A stretch of DNA of 36,894 bases from Cyclobacteriaceae bacterium (GCA_025363495.1 JANYDR010000218.1:1-36894); one strand, 5' to 3'. Counted from the first letter of the stretch, positions 9,169 through 18,502 are shown. Numbers and translations: made by a program. The notes: generated by a model from the letters alone, not told the origin.

Positions 9169-10621
9169 GGGTAGAGCTTAAGCGTTTGAGTCTGTAAAGT
9201 TGCAGTGCCGAGACAGGCAGATGATAAAACATTGAAGCCATTCTCCGTACAACCTGTCCATTAAGTGTGGGTTTTTTTAAAAGATTTTTCAAAATATTAA
9301 ACCCCCTTTGAATGCGATACCGGCTGTGGACATATCGTTGCAGGATTTTATAATAACCAATGGGAAAAGTATTCTCATAAAGCATTGCAAGGTCATCGGA
9401 GTCTGTCCAGTTTTGCTTTTCGTGAAGCTGTTCCTTTACATTTTCATAAAATTTTGTTCCCGGAAGAGGGTATGAGATTGAGATCCCGATTTCATCCGGC
9501 ATTTCTTTCAGGACCATGGAAAGAGTAGCATCAACATCCTGTTTCAATTCTCCAGGATAACCAAATTGAAGGAAGAAGGCTACTTTAATGTCATGCTGTT
9601 TCAGTAATTCTGTCGCCTGATGGATCTGCAAAAGTGTAGTTCCCTTTTCCATTGCATCGAGAATTTTTTGTGACCCGCTCTCCGCCCCAAGCCAAACTGT
9701 TTCACAGCCACTTTTCGCAAGTGATTGAACAATATCTTTCTCTACTATTAAATCAACTCGTGATTGGATTTTATATCGAAATGAAAGTTTTTTCTGAATG
9801 ACCAAATTTTTAAAACGAGCTACCCAGCCGGGTTTCAATCCAAAAATATCGTCGCACATCCAGAAATGGTTTGGCTGGTAGTTCTTTAACAGGTATTCAA
9901 TCTCATCAACAACGTGTTCTGGTGTACGCGAGTTATAGCGATTGCCGTATATAGGCTTTGCACACCAGTTGCATTTGTAAGGGCAACCTCTCGTAGTGGC
10001 AAGGTTTAGTGAAAAATAGCCGTGATGATTATTCCAAATGGACTTATACGGAGATATATCAATTAAATCCCATGCAGGAAGTGGAAGAGTATCCAGATCC
10101 CGTAACACCGGTTTGGGAGGATTAACAGTTGATTTTCCATTATGTCGAAATACCAAACCACTTACTTCTGAAACATCTGCATTTTGATCAAGACAGATAA
10201 GCAGTTCTCTTAGTGTTTCTTCTCCTTCGCCACGTATTACGTAGTCGACGTCGTTTTCAAAATACTTTTCGAAATGATCGGCTGAGTCAGAGCTATTGAT
10301 AATTACCTTGCAGCCATATTGCTTGCCAAGGACTGCCATTTTGTAAGCGGCTTCGCGCATTACCATCAAACACATCTTCGTGAGATAGTTGAATCCGTCA
10401 TCATAGATAACTAAATAATCTGGTTGCTCTTTTTGTAATACTTCCTTTATTTCAAGAGGACTATCCCGCAGACTTGCATCAAAAATGGAGAGAGAGAAGC
10501 CTGCATTGCGAATAACGGCAGCGGCCTGTAATGTTCCTAAAGGTGGATATGGCTGTTTAAACCTCCATTGCTTTTGGTCGAGTTTATAGAAATAGGCATT
10601 CGCGAACAGGATCTTGCTCAT
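9161..10621 (-). CDS. Cobalamin-binding domain radical SAM protein (class B methylase-like architecture)
   Basis: YPPLGTLQAAAV N-terminal B12-domain signature, DYVIRGEGEETL, TTRGCPYKCNWC (CxxxCxxC), WMCDDIF, LGAESGSQKILDAMEKG, YPLPGTKFY. Confidence 0.92.
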   Translation of the reverse strand: MSKILFANAYFYKLDQKQWRFKQPYPPLGTLQAAAVIRNAGFSLSIFDASLRDSPLEIKEVLQKEQPDYLVIYDDGFNYLTKMCLMVMREAAYKMAVLGKQYGCKVIINSSDSADHFEKYFENDVDYVIRGEGEETLRELLICLDQNADVSEVSGLVFRHNGKSTVNPPKPVLRDLDTLPLPAWDLIDISPYKSIWNNHHGYFSLNLATTRGCPYKCNWCAKPIYGNRYNSRTPEHVVDEIEYLLKNYQPNHFWMCDDIFGLKPGWVARFKNLVIQKKLSFRYKIQSRVDLIVEKDIVQSLAKSGCETVWLGAESGSQKILDAMEKGTTLLQIHQATELLKQHDIKVAFFLQFGYPGELKQDVDATLSMVLKEMPDEIGISISYPLPGTKFYENVKEQLHEKQNWTDSDDLAMLYENTFPIGYYKILQRYVHSRYRIQRGFNILKNLLKKPTLNGQVVRRMASMFYHLPVSALQLYRLKRLSSTHA

Positions 10622-11553
10622 ACTTCAAGACTTATACCGTGTTGTTGTTCAAATTCGTGGATTTTTTTCTCATATAATGAAAGTACTTTCTTTTGATAAA
10701 ACCCTGGATGACTTCTCGATACGTGGCCCTTAGATTGAAAAGCGATTGAGAAATCATGTTCGTTCAGTACGTGTTGGTAAGTTTTCTTCCAATGAATGGT
10801 GAATTTCTTCATAAGCCACCCATCAAGGTGATCCAGAAGTTTAGCGGGAATAATTTTTTCTCCTATTCTCTTGACGACATTGCTGTTTTCCTTCCCAAGG
10901 CAATTCGTTGGTTGATGATTGGGCAAGTACTGATGGTACCACTCATTGACAGTTTGAAATTGATGTACAAGATCTTTTCCAAACATGGGTTTTAACGTAG
11001 ACGCTTCAATGGCTGTAAAAATATTTTTTTCTTCAATCTCAAGACTTTCGCTATCAATAAAATAGTTAGTGCAAAAGTATTTATGAGAGTTAAATAGAAA
11101 AATTCGTCGAAAGATTGCCATCGCACCTCGAACGAGCCACAATCTTCCTTTTGCGGTAATGATAAAATAGTCGATATCGCTTTTATTATCCATGTATCCT
11201 TTGGAAATGGAACCTGAAAGCATAACGGATCTCACAAATGGAAAGAGAGAAATGAACGTGGAGAACATTTTCGCAATTCTTAATTTTTTTAGCGCCAATT
11301 GATTTCCTGCCTTCCGGCGAATTGCCAGGGCAGGATCATCGTGAAGAGAGTATAATCCATTTAACGTATAGATAATTTTCCGGTCGGTTAACGTTACAAG
11401 TCCCGTTTGCCATTGACTATCCAGTAGCTGAGGTGAAAACGAAAAAATCTCAGATTCCGTAAGCGGATATTGAAAGATATCAAAATACAGCAAGGTCAGC
11501 AAAATGCTTTTTTCTTTTTCAGGTAAAGGGGCAATATGACGAAGCGACATCAT
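10618..11553 (-). CDS. Pol-beta superfamily nucleotidyltransferase-domain protein
   Basis: VRSVMLSGSISKGYMDNKSDIDYFIIT fits hG[GS]x9-13DhD. Start moved from 11718 to ATG 11553, which overlaps the ligase TGA (ATGA). Confidence 0.8.
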   Translation of the reverse strand: MMSLRHIAPLPEKEKSILLTLLYFDIFQYPLTESEIFSFSPQLLDSQWQTGLVTLTDRKIIYTLNGLYSLHDDPALAIRRKAGNQLALKKLRIAKMFSTFISLFPFVRSVMLSGSISKGYMDNKSDIDYFIITAKGRLWLVRGAMAIFRRIFLFNSHKYFCTNYFIDSESLEIEEKNIFTAIEASTLKPMFGKDLVHQFQTVNEWYHQYLPNHQPTNCLGKENSNVVKRIGEKIIPAKLLDHLDGWLMKKFTIHWKKTYQHVLNEHDFSIAFQSKGHVSRSHPGFYQKKVLSLYEKKIHEFEQQHGISLEV

Positions 11554-12818
11554 GCTTGTGTGTATCGAAAGAATAACGATTGAAACATAGTAAAGAAAAC
11601 AATTCCTTTCTGTCTGGCCAATACGCTTTCGGTAAAACACATCAATCCAAATAGAATCGCGAATGCAACATGGGCTGGCTGCAATTGAAATGAAGCAAAA
11701 ATTGGTCTGAAAATACAAATAAGCAGTAGTAGTAGTCCAATGACTCCAAGTTCCAGCGTTGTTTGTAAATATTGATTGTGAGCATTGTAGCCCTTAACGA
11801 AATCTGCAGTGCTATATTTTGTGTAATAGGCCTGCAGAGTAGTCTGGCTGTCTCCGGTTCCCACTCCAAGGAGCCATGATTTTTTAAGTTCTTCAAGAGA
11901 ACCACTCCATTCCAATAACCTAAAGCTTACTGAGTTCCATTCCTTTTTATTTTGATCAATTCGTAGTGATGTATGCAGCGGTTCCTGTAATAGCCTGAAT
12001 CGTGAAACAGGATTAATAAAAATCAAAATTAGAAGCATGAAAATGAATAAACTTGGAACAATAAGAATTTTGTAATTTTTATTTTTCATTACATTGAAAA
12101 ATGTTATAAAAAAAAGAAGGACAAAATACGATATGATTGCCATACGTGAGGCTAGCAAAGCAATTGAAATAGTGAATAATCCTATGAGGACAAGTCCAGA
12201 GATATTTATTTCAGATTTATCAAACATTTCTTGGGTCAGCATCGCCATACAAAATATAAGATACATTGAGAAGTAAGCTGGGTGTACATCAATCCAGTTG
12301 CCTAATTGAATATATGAAAAATATTCCCATGTTAAAGAAGCGGAGGGATTGAGCAAATAAAATTGCTCATTGGTGTAGGCATCAAAATTTTGAGGTGCAG
12401 AAGAATGATTAATTATATTAAAGATTGTCCAGATAAAGCTTATGACAATAACGATGAGGCAGGAATAAATGAAGCCTTTCTTTAAGATGTCGAAGTGCGA
12501 CGTTGTGAGTGGTTTGCCACTGGCAGTAATAATTGGAAATGCCAGAAAAGCCAATTTCTTTTCAACCTCAAAGTTGCCCTCCGCCCGATGCTCGGAGTAA
12601 ATAAGGCCTATCACATGCATAAAAAAGAAAAGGATAAATGGCCATATCCAGTACGCACTCTTAAGCCTTTCCCATTTTTTGGAAAAATTTAATTCAGTCA
12701 GCCAAACCAACGCCAGCAGAATAAGTGAGAAACTATTGAGTGGAATTGTAAAAGGTAACGTTACAACACAGATCAACCAGGCAGTGAGGTAAGCAGTATC
12801 GTAGGAGATCCTACTCAT
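11550..12818 (-). CDS. O-antigen ligase family (Wzy_C/WaaL-like) membrane protein
   Basis: Multi-TM; LLASRMAI, LLGVGTGD, YNAHNQYLQTTLELGVIG signature. Confidence 0.88.
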   Translation of the reverse strand: MSRISYDTAYLTAWLICVVTLPFTIPLNSFSLILLALVWLTELNFSKKWERLKSAYWIWPFILFFFMHVIGLIYSEHRAEGNFEVEKKLAFLAFPIITASGKPLTTSHFDILKKGFIYSCLIVIVISFIWTIFNIINHSSAPQNFDAYTNEQFYLLNPSASLTWEYFSYIQLGNWIDVHPAYFSMYLIFCMAMLTQEMFDKSEINISGLVLIGLFTISIALLASRMAIISYFVLLFFITFFNVMKNKNYKILIVPSLFIFMLLILIFINPVSRFRLLQEPLHTSLRIDQNKKEWNSVSFRLLEWSGSLEELKKSWLLGVGTGDSQTTLQAYYTKYSTADFVKGYNAHNQYLQTTLELGVIGLLLLLICIFRPIFASFQLQPAHVAFAILFGLMCFTESVLARQKGIVFFTMFQSLFFRYTQA

Positions 12819-13686
12819 TTAGCGGTTGTTGTACGATTGTTCTCTTAATAATTACAGGCTCGTACTTTAAATAAAAAGTTGGATGCAATGCGGCCTCATT
12901 AATTATTCTTCTTTCCTTATCGAAGAACCATCCCCACTTATTAAAATATTGGATAGCACTTTTCAAATTGTACCATGTCATTTTAAAGTTTTTGTAAGAA
13001 CCACGTGCATGAGTATGGTAGATCTCTGCGTAAGGAAAGAATATTGTATCGAATTTCTGATGAATTCTTCGGGATAGATCAGTATCTTCTGCATATAAAA
13101 AGAAACGCTCATCAAAAGGACCAGTTTGTCGAATGGCAGCCATGCGCAAAAACATAAAACAACCTGAAAGAAAGGGGACGTTCATTATTTTATTATAGTT
13201 ACTTGAATTCATTTCATAGTGATCATTTATTTTTTTTAGCCATTGAATGTTATTGGGTAGAAATCTCCTCGTGCCGAGATTAAAGGGAGTTGGAAGTAAT
13301 TTGCAAAGACGCTGAATGGTGCCATCGGGATATAATACCTTAGGCATCACCAGACCTGTTTTTGGATTTTCTTCCATGTAGTAGAAAAGTTTCTCCAGTA
13401 CATCCGCATTGAAATAAACATCAGGATTTAACACCAAATGATAGGATGATAGGTTAGAGACTTCCTTTAATGCTAAATTATGTGCTTTGCCATAACCGAG
13501 ATTAGAGCCAGTGAAAATGTAATTGCAATTAAATGCTTCACAAATTTCCTGTGCAATGGGCAATGGAGAATTGTCAATAATAAATAATTCTCCCGCCAAG
13601 GGACTACTTAGAAAACTTTTGATAGCCCTTTCTAGATCAGAAAGGCTATTGTTGTAGACAACGATAGAAGCAGTGATCTTAACCAT
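12811..13686 (-). CDS. Glycosyltransferase family 2 (WbbL/rhamnosyltransferase-like)
   Basis: IIDNS, NLGYGKAHN, LVLNPDV, LSGCFMFLR, FDERFFLYAEDTDLSRR. Confidence 0.9.
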   Translation of the reverse strand: MVKITASIVVYNNSLSDLERAIKSFLSSPLAGELFIIDNSPLPIAQEICEAFNCNYIFTGSNLGYGKAHNLALKEVSNLSSYHLVLNPDVYFNADVLEKLFYYMEENPKTGLVMPKVLYPDGTIQRLCKLLPTPFNLGTRRFLPNNIQWLKKINDHYEMNSSNYNKIMNVPFLSGCFMFLRMAAIRQTGPFDERFFLYAEDTDLSRRIHQKFDTIFFPYAEIYHTHARGSYKNFKMTWYNLKSAIQYFNKWGWFFDKERRIINEAALHPTFYLKYEPVIIKRTIVQQPLNE

Positions 13687-13687
13687 T

Positions 13688-14383
13688 TTAATGTTCTAAC
13701 AGCTCTTTGGCTAAATGAAATCTTAATTTTATCTTTTTTCTTAAGGAATTTACACTGGGGCCGCCCGTAGAGGAGTAGTTCTTTGGATGCCGCCTGTGGT
13801 CAACAAGAATTTCAGGTATAAACGTAACATTAAAATGACGTTCGGCAACCAGGCCGATCCATTGGTCGTGGAGAATAATATTCTCCGGAAATGGTAGAGA
13901 CCTCTCTAAAACAGTTCTGTGAAAAGCCATACAGCAACCGATAAAGGAGTTTTTCATTAAATTTTTCAACAGACCCGATTTGGACCTATTATGCTGAAAG
14001 AATGAATTGTAAATCGGCTGAAGATTCTCGTCAACGACCCGGCAATCACAAATAACAAGTTCACTGCTCACTAGAGCGTTCTTCATTATCTTGATTTTAT
14101 CCATGTGCCACACATCATCTTGATCAGCAAGAAAAATAATGGTATGAGTACAGTTAGCTAATGCGTATTCGAAATTCTTTGCGGGGGTTCCGAATCTTTT
14201 CGATCCTATAAATTTAATTCTTAGATCATGATAAGATGTAATAATATCATGGGTTTTGTCAGAAGAATTGTCATCAGAGATGATCAACTCATCATTTACC
14301 TCCAATTGAATAAGAATAGAATCAATTTGCTGGTGGAGATATTTCTCACCATTGTGTGTGGCCATACAGACGGAAATATTCAT
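13688..14383 (-). CDS. Glycosyltransferase family 2 (rhamnosyltransferase-like)
   Basis: MNISVCMATHNGEKYL, ISDDNSSD, IFLADQDDVW, HDQWIG. Start moved to ATG 14383 (ATGA overlap with the wzy stop). Confidence 0.9.
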   Translation of the reverse strand: MNISVCMATHNGEKYLHQQIDSILIQLEVNDELIISDDNSSDKTHDIITSYHDLRIKFIGSKRFGTPAKNFEYALANCTHTIIFLADQDDVWHMDKIKIMKNALVSSELVICDCRVVDENLQPIYNSFFQHNRSKSGLLKNLMKNSFIGCCMAFHRTVLERSLPFPENIILHDQWIGLVAERHFNVTFIPEILVDHRRHPKNYSSTGGPSVNSLRKKIKLRFHLAKELLEH

Positions 14384-15564
14384 ATAGCCGTTGTTTTCTG
14401 AAACCATCGCGGAATTCTTTCGGTAAGCGGTAATAGAAACGGATAAACCAGTTGAAGTCCCAGGCCTGTAAACCGAATGGTATTATCATAGAATAAAAAA
14501 AGATACATGGTGTTTAAAATAGCAATGCCGGTGAGTTGATACCCATTGACCGGAAGATGTCTAACATAAATTAATGGGAGCAATAAAATGAATATACTCA
14601 TGATAAACATTCCAATCCAGTCCTGGTAGCTAAAACTATGAGAATATACAGTTGAAACATTGAATGGTCCAGGGATAGTATTTTCTTTTTCACGCTCAAC
14701 CCCACTCATGCGATTTGTCCTTTTTGAAATAAAATCAAAAAGCATTTCATTATTAATGTGCTGTGCAAGCCTGTTTAGCGAGAACGGTGGTACCTGAAAA
14801 GTATTAATGTTCTCCTGAAGGTTAGCGATAGGTGAGGAAACGTAGACGTATCCCCAAAAAAATTCTTTAGGGATCAACGATCCCTGAAAGGGGGCAGATG
14901 CCTTGCCTATCTTTAAGAAAAGGTCAGGATTGTATTTTTCCTTTGCTTCGAAAGAAACTCGTAGAGTTCCCAATACTCCGAAAAAATAGATCAGAATGAT
15001 AAACCCCACGGTGAGGGCAGAAGCACGTTTCCATGAAAGGGAGGGAGAAAGTAGTAAATAAACAAAAGCGCTTGCTACGATATTGAAAATGAGCATCGCA
15101 CGACTGTAGATCAACAGAGCTGCAAAAAGATTTATAATGTAAAGGTTGAAGTAAATACGCTTATGACTTGAGATGAACAGCGTGAAAATATAGACGGTAA
15201 AAAAGGACCCAAATGTTACGGTAAACACATGTAAAGAAGGAAATCCAAACAGTCGGTAATTGTAAGGCTGGTTCAATAGAATTTTGATCAATGGAATTCC
15301 CCCTTCATAAATAAAATCTATGGTCCACAATCCATACAGAAAAAAAGTTGTAATAACTGGATTGAGAAAAGATTCGGAGGGTGGAGCTGGAGGAGAGATC
15401 TTTGATTGCCAGTAAAATGAAAAAATGAGATGGAGAATTATAGTCAGAACGAGGAAACCAAAAAGCTGTAGAGTGATTGATGGGTATAAGTCAGACCAAC
15501 CTAACGCGTAGGCTAATAAGGAAATAGTAAATGCAGCTGCGTAACTGGAGTATGGATTGATCAT
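14380..15564 (-). CDS. Probable O-antigen/repeat-unit polymerase (Wzy)
   Basis: Multi-TM protein with LLIYSRAML, FGVLGTLRV, YVYVSSPIANL, FNVSTVY...YQDWIG pattern; lies between GT2 genes. Confidence 0.7.
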   Translation of the reverse strand: MINPYSSYAAAFTISLLAYALGWSDLYPSITLQLFGFLVLTIILHLIFSFYWQSKISPPAPPSESFLNPVITTFFLYGLWTIDFIYEGGIPLIKILLNQPYNYRLFGFPSLHVFTVTFGSFFTVYIFTLFISSHKRIYFNLYIINLFAALLIYSRAMLIFNIVASAFVYLLLSPSLSWKRASALTVGFIILIYFFGVLGTLRVSFEAKEKYNPDLFLKIGKASAPFQGSLIPKEFFWGYVYVSSPIANLQENINTFQVPPFSLNRLAQHINNEMLFDFISKRTNRMSGVEREKENTIPGPFNVSTVYSHSFSYQDWIGMFIMSIFILLLPLIYVRHLPVNGYQLTGIAILNTMYLFLFYDNTIRFTGLGLQLVYPFLLPLTERIPRWFQKTTAI

Positions 15565-16388
15565 GATCTACGGTTGAAAAATAAACCAATAAATCGAAGG
15601 GAGTTATATTGCAGGGAAAGTTTAATGCTGCGAAGAAAGGAACGATAATAAAAAAGGAATGGCATATGATCATTTCCCATAATGGTTGAGGCCTGAAGGT
15701 AAATCTTAAAACGGTTTACCGCTTTAAGTAAATTGACACTTTCCGACGACGAATGTTTATGGTTACATTCAGCATCAATAATTATGATTTCTGATGTATA
15801 TTGTTTTAGTCGTTTAAAAAAATAAAAGTCACTGAAATCAAGCTTTAATTTTTCGTTGTAACCACCCACTGCTTCAAAAGTTTCAACATCAATCAACAGT
15901 CCGCTATTAATTACTTGTATCTCTTCAAGATTTTTTCTTCCTGACGTGATATTTTTTAAGCGCTTTCCCGATGTGATGCCTCTTTTGAAAGGTGAGATAA
16001 GACCTTTTTCATCAATCAATTTAGGGGCAAATAGATGACAATGAGGATATTTGTTAATGGATTCGCTGTAGCACTTGTAAATATTTTCTACGAAAGTGGT
16101 GTCCTGATCGGCCAATAGAAGCCATTTTAAATTGAGTTGTTTTGCCCTACTCGCTGCCCGATTATACGCACAACTTACCCCTGGATTGCAGGTGTCGTGA
16201 ATGTATTCGATAGTCCAGACATTACTAATGGGAATAGTTTGCGCGATGGGGGAATTGTCGTAAACACAAAGCCTCCCTTTTTTTTGAGTTTCCTCCAACC
16301 CTTGACTCAGTGTTTGATATGCAGGTGAATTCTCCAGGTTCATTTCATAAAGTACGAGCACAGTAAGAATTTCGTTGGTCGTATCCAC
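15561..16388 (-). CDS. Glycosyltransferase family 2 (rhamnosyltransferase-like)
   Basis: VYDNSP, NPGVSCAYN, LLLADQDT, INSGLLI, LDFSDFYF. GTG start; first gene of the operon. Confidence 0.88.
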   Translation of the reverse strand: MDTTNEILTVLVLYEMNLENSPAYQTLSQGLEETQKKGRLCVYDNSPIAQTIPISNVWTIEYIHDTCNPGVSCAYNRAASRAKQLNLKWLLLADQDTTFVENIYKCYSESINKYPHCHLFAPKLIDEKGLISPFKRGITSGKRLKNITSGRKNLEEIQVINSGLLIDVETFEAVGGYNEKLKLDFSDFYFFKRLKQYTSEIIIIDAECNHKHSSSESVNLLKAVNRFKIYLQASTIMGNDHMPFLFYYRSFLRSIKLSLQYNSLRFIGLFFNRRS

Positions 16389-16480
16389 AGGAGTTTGGGA
16401 AATAAGTCTCTCAATTTCCGAAAAAGAAGTTATATCATCTATAATCAGCGTTCTAAAGGGATACCGAATTATGGTGGAGT

Positions 16481-16511
16481 TTTGTTTTTGTACCCGATTA
16501 GTATAATTTTC
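16481..16511 (+). promoter_or_regulatory. Candidate Bacteroidota sigma-A promoter for acs
   Basis: TTTG (16481-16484), 19-nt spacer, TAATTTTC (16504-16511), one mismatch to TAnnTTTG. Confidence 0.45.
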
Positions 16512-16553
16512 AATAGATTAAAATAACATTCAACCAGTAAAAAATAGCGGTGT

Positions 16554-18449
16554 ATGGAGATTGTGTCAACTATGGCGGACTACAAAAGGGCCTATGAGCA
16601 AAGCGTAGCTCATCCTGAAGACTTTTGGAGCGAAATAGCAAGTGATTTTGTGTGGAAAAGAAAATGGGACAAAGTACTGGAGTGGGATTTCAAAAATGCT
16701 GAGGTCAAATGGTTCATCGGCGGAAAAATGAACATAACCGAAAACTGTATTGACCGTCATTTGGCAGAGAGGGCGGATCAAACAGCTGTCATATGGGAAC
16801 CAGGTGATCCGGGACAGAAAGCAAGAATGATTACCTATCAGCAGCTTCATGATGAGGTTTGTAAAGTAAGCAATGTCTTGAAGTCGCATGGCGTTCGTAA
16901 AGGTGACCGTGTGTGCATTTACATGCCAATGGTACCCGAACTGGCTTATGCAGTATTGGCCTGCGCAAGAATAGGAGCCGTTCATTCAGTAGTGTTTGCC
17001 GGATTCTCGGCAGGATCATTGGCCGACCGGATTAATGATGCGGGCTGTAAAATGGTATTAACAGCCGATGGCGCTTTCCGGGGTGATAAGAAAGTTGATC
17101 TCAAAAAAATCGTTGATGAAGCTGTTGATAAATGTCCTTCCGTTGAAAAGGTTTTGATGCTGGAACGCATTGCTTCCAAACCATCGATGAAGGCGGGAAG
17201 AGATTTTGACTGGCAGGAAGAAATGAATAAGGCAGACGCTAATTGCAAAGCCGAAGAAATGGATGCAGAAGATTTGCTCTTTATTCTTTACACTTCCGGG
17301 TCTACTGGTAAACCCAAAGGTATGGTGCATACTTGTGGTGGGTATATGGTGCATGTTGGTTATACTTTTAGGACTGTATTCCAATATCAACCTGGACAAA
17401 TCTTCTGGTGCACAGCAGATATTGGTTGGGTGACAGGTCATTCATATATTTTATACGGCCCACTCTCTGCCGGGGCCACAACGGTAATCTTCGAAGGTAT
17501 TCCCTCGTGGCCTGATCAGGGTAGATTCTGGCAGGCAATCGAAAGACATAAAGTAAATACTTTTTACACAGCACCCACTGCTATTCGCTCATTGCAGCAG
17601 TCATCGGTTGAATTTGTTGAGAAATATGATCTGTCATCGCTCAAAATATTAGGATCAGTTGGAGAGCCAATCAATGAAGAGGCCTGGCAATGGTATAACA
17701 AGAATATTGGTAAGGAGAAATGCCCTATCGTTGATACATGGTGGCAGACGGAAACAGGTGGGATTATGATTTCACCAATAGCAAATGTTACAAAACTTAA
17801 ACCAGCATTTGCATCATTCCCTTTACCAGGCGTTCAACCTGCGGTGATGGATGAAAAGGGAAACGAAATTTCAGGGAATGGAATCGAAGGAAGACTTGCT
17901 ATTAAATTTCCGTGGCCTTCCATCGCCCGCACGATTTACGGAAATCATCAACGGTTTAAAGAGATTTACTTCTCAACTTTCTCTGGGATGTACTTTACAG
18001 GTGATGGATGCAAGCGCGATGATGAAGGCTACTATAGAATTACCGGAAGAGTTGATGACATTATTATTGTCTCAGGTCATAATCTTGGCACTGCCGAAAT
18101 TGAAAACGCCATTGATGAGCATAAAGCTGTTTGCGAGACAGCCGTTGTTGGATTCCCTCATGATATAAAAGGGCAAGGGGTTTATGCTTTTGTAATTTGC
18201 TATGAAAAACCAAAGGACGAAGAGAAGTTGCGTCAAGAGATACGGGATACTGTCTCAAAAATAATAGGACCCATTGCCAAACCAGATAAAATCCAGTTTG
18301 TTTCGGGATTGCCAAAAACGAGGTCAGGGAAAATCATGAGAAGAATTTTAAGAAAAGTAGCAGAAGGAGACACCTCTAATTTAGGCGATACGACTACACT
18401 CCTTGACCCCACAATTGTTGATGAAATCACCAGGGGGGCGTTGGGATAG
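16554..18449 (+). CDS. acs: Acetyl-CoA synthetase (acetate--CoA ligase)
   Basis: LFILYTSGSTGKPKG, IVDTWWQTETGG, LPKTRSGKIMRRILRK, LGDTTTLLDP. Confidence 0.97.
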   Translation: MEIVSTMADYKRAYEQSVAHPEDFWSEIASDFVWKRKWDKVLEWDFKNAEVKWFIGGKMNITENCIDRHLAERADQTAVIWEPGDPGQKARMITYQQLHDEVCKVSNVLKSHGVRKGDRVCIYMPMVPELAYAVLACARIGAVHSVVFAGFSAGSLADRINDAGCKMVLTADGAFRGDKKVDLKKIVDEAVDKCPSVEKVLMLERIASKPSMKAGRDFDWQEEMNKADANCKAEEMDAEDLLFILYTSGSTGKPKGMVHTCGGYMVHVGYTFRTVFQYQPGQIFWCTADIGWVTGHSYILYGPLSAGATTVIFEGIPSWPDQGRFWQAIERHKVNTFYTAPTAIRSLQQSSVEFVEKYDLSSLKILGSVGEPINEEAWQWYNKNIGKEKCPIVDTWWQTETGGIMISPIANVTKLKPAFASFPLPGVQPAVMDEKGNEISGNGIEGRLAIKFPWPSIARTIYGNHQRFKEIYFSTFSGMYFTGDGCKRDDEGYYRITGRVDDIIIVSGHNLGTAEIENAIDEHKAVCETAVVGFPHDIKGQGVYAFVICYEKPKDEEKLRQEIRDTVSKIIGPIAKPDKIQFVSGLPKTRSGKIMRRILRKVAEGDTSNLGDTTTLLDPTIVDEITRGALG

Positions 18450-18502
18450 TCGGGTTACTTCTATTACCTTGGATTAGATAAATGCCCACCAATAACCTAC
18501 TA

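Noticed and set aside
9161-10621. Radical SAM enzymes as BchE, hopanoid methylases or RiPP maturases
   Set aside because: No photosynthesis, hopanoid, precursor-peptide, RRE or SPASM features are visible in the window, and the operon has no gaps for a precursor gene. The left flank is unseen.
10618-11553. Nucleotidyltransferase as a CBASS cyclase or MNT-HEPN toxin-antitoxin component
   Set aside because: No adjacent effector, HEPN or Cap gene; coupled on both sides to biosynthetic genes. Not formally excluded without a profile search.
11554-11718. N-terminal extensions in the ORF track (NTase 11718; also FkbM 3914, GT2 14407, rplU 25662, fbaB 34155, rimM 36137)
   Set aside because: They overlap upstream genes, promoters or terminators; downstream starts give coupled junctions or the canonical N-terminus.
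8643-13237. A8/T8 homopolymer runs in the methyltransferase (8643-8650), ligase (12108-12115) and GT2 (13230-13237) as phase-variation sites
   Set aside because: Short A/T runs are expected in AT-rich DNA; frames are intact, and no long poly-G/C tract or invertase is present.
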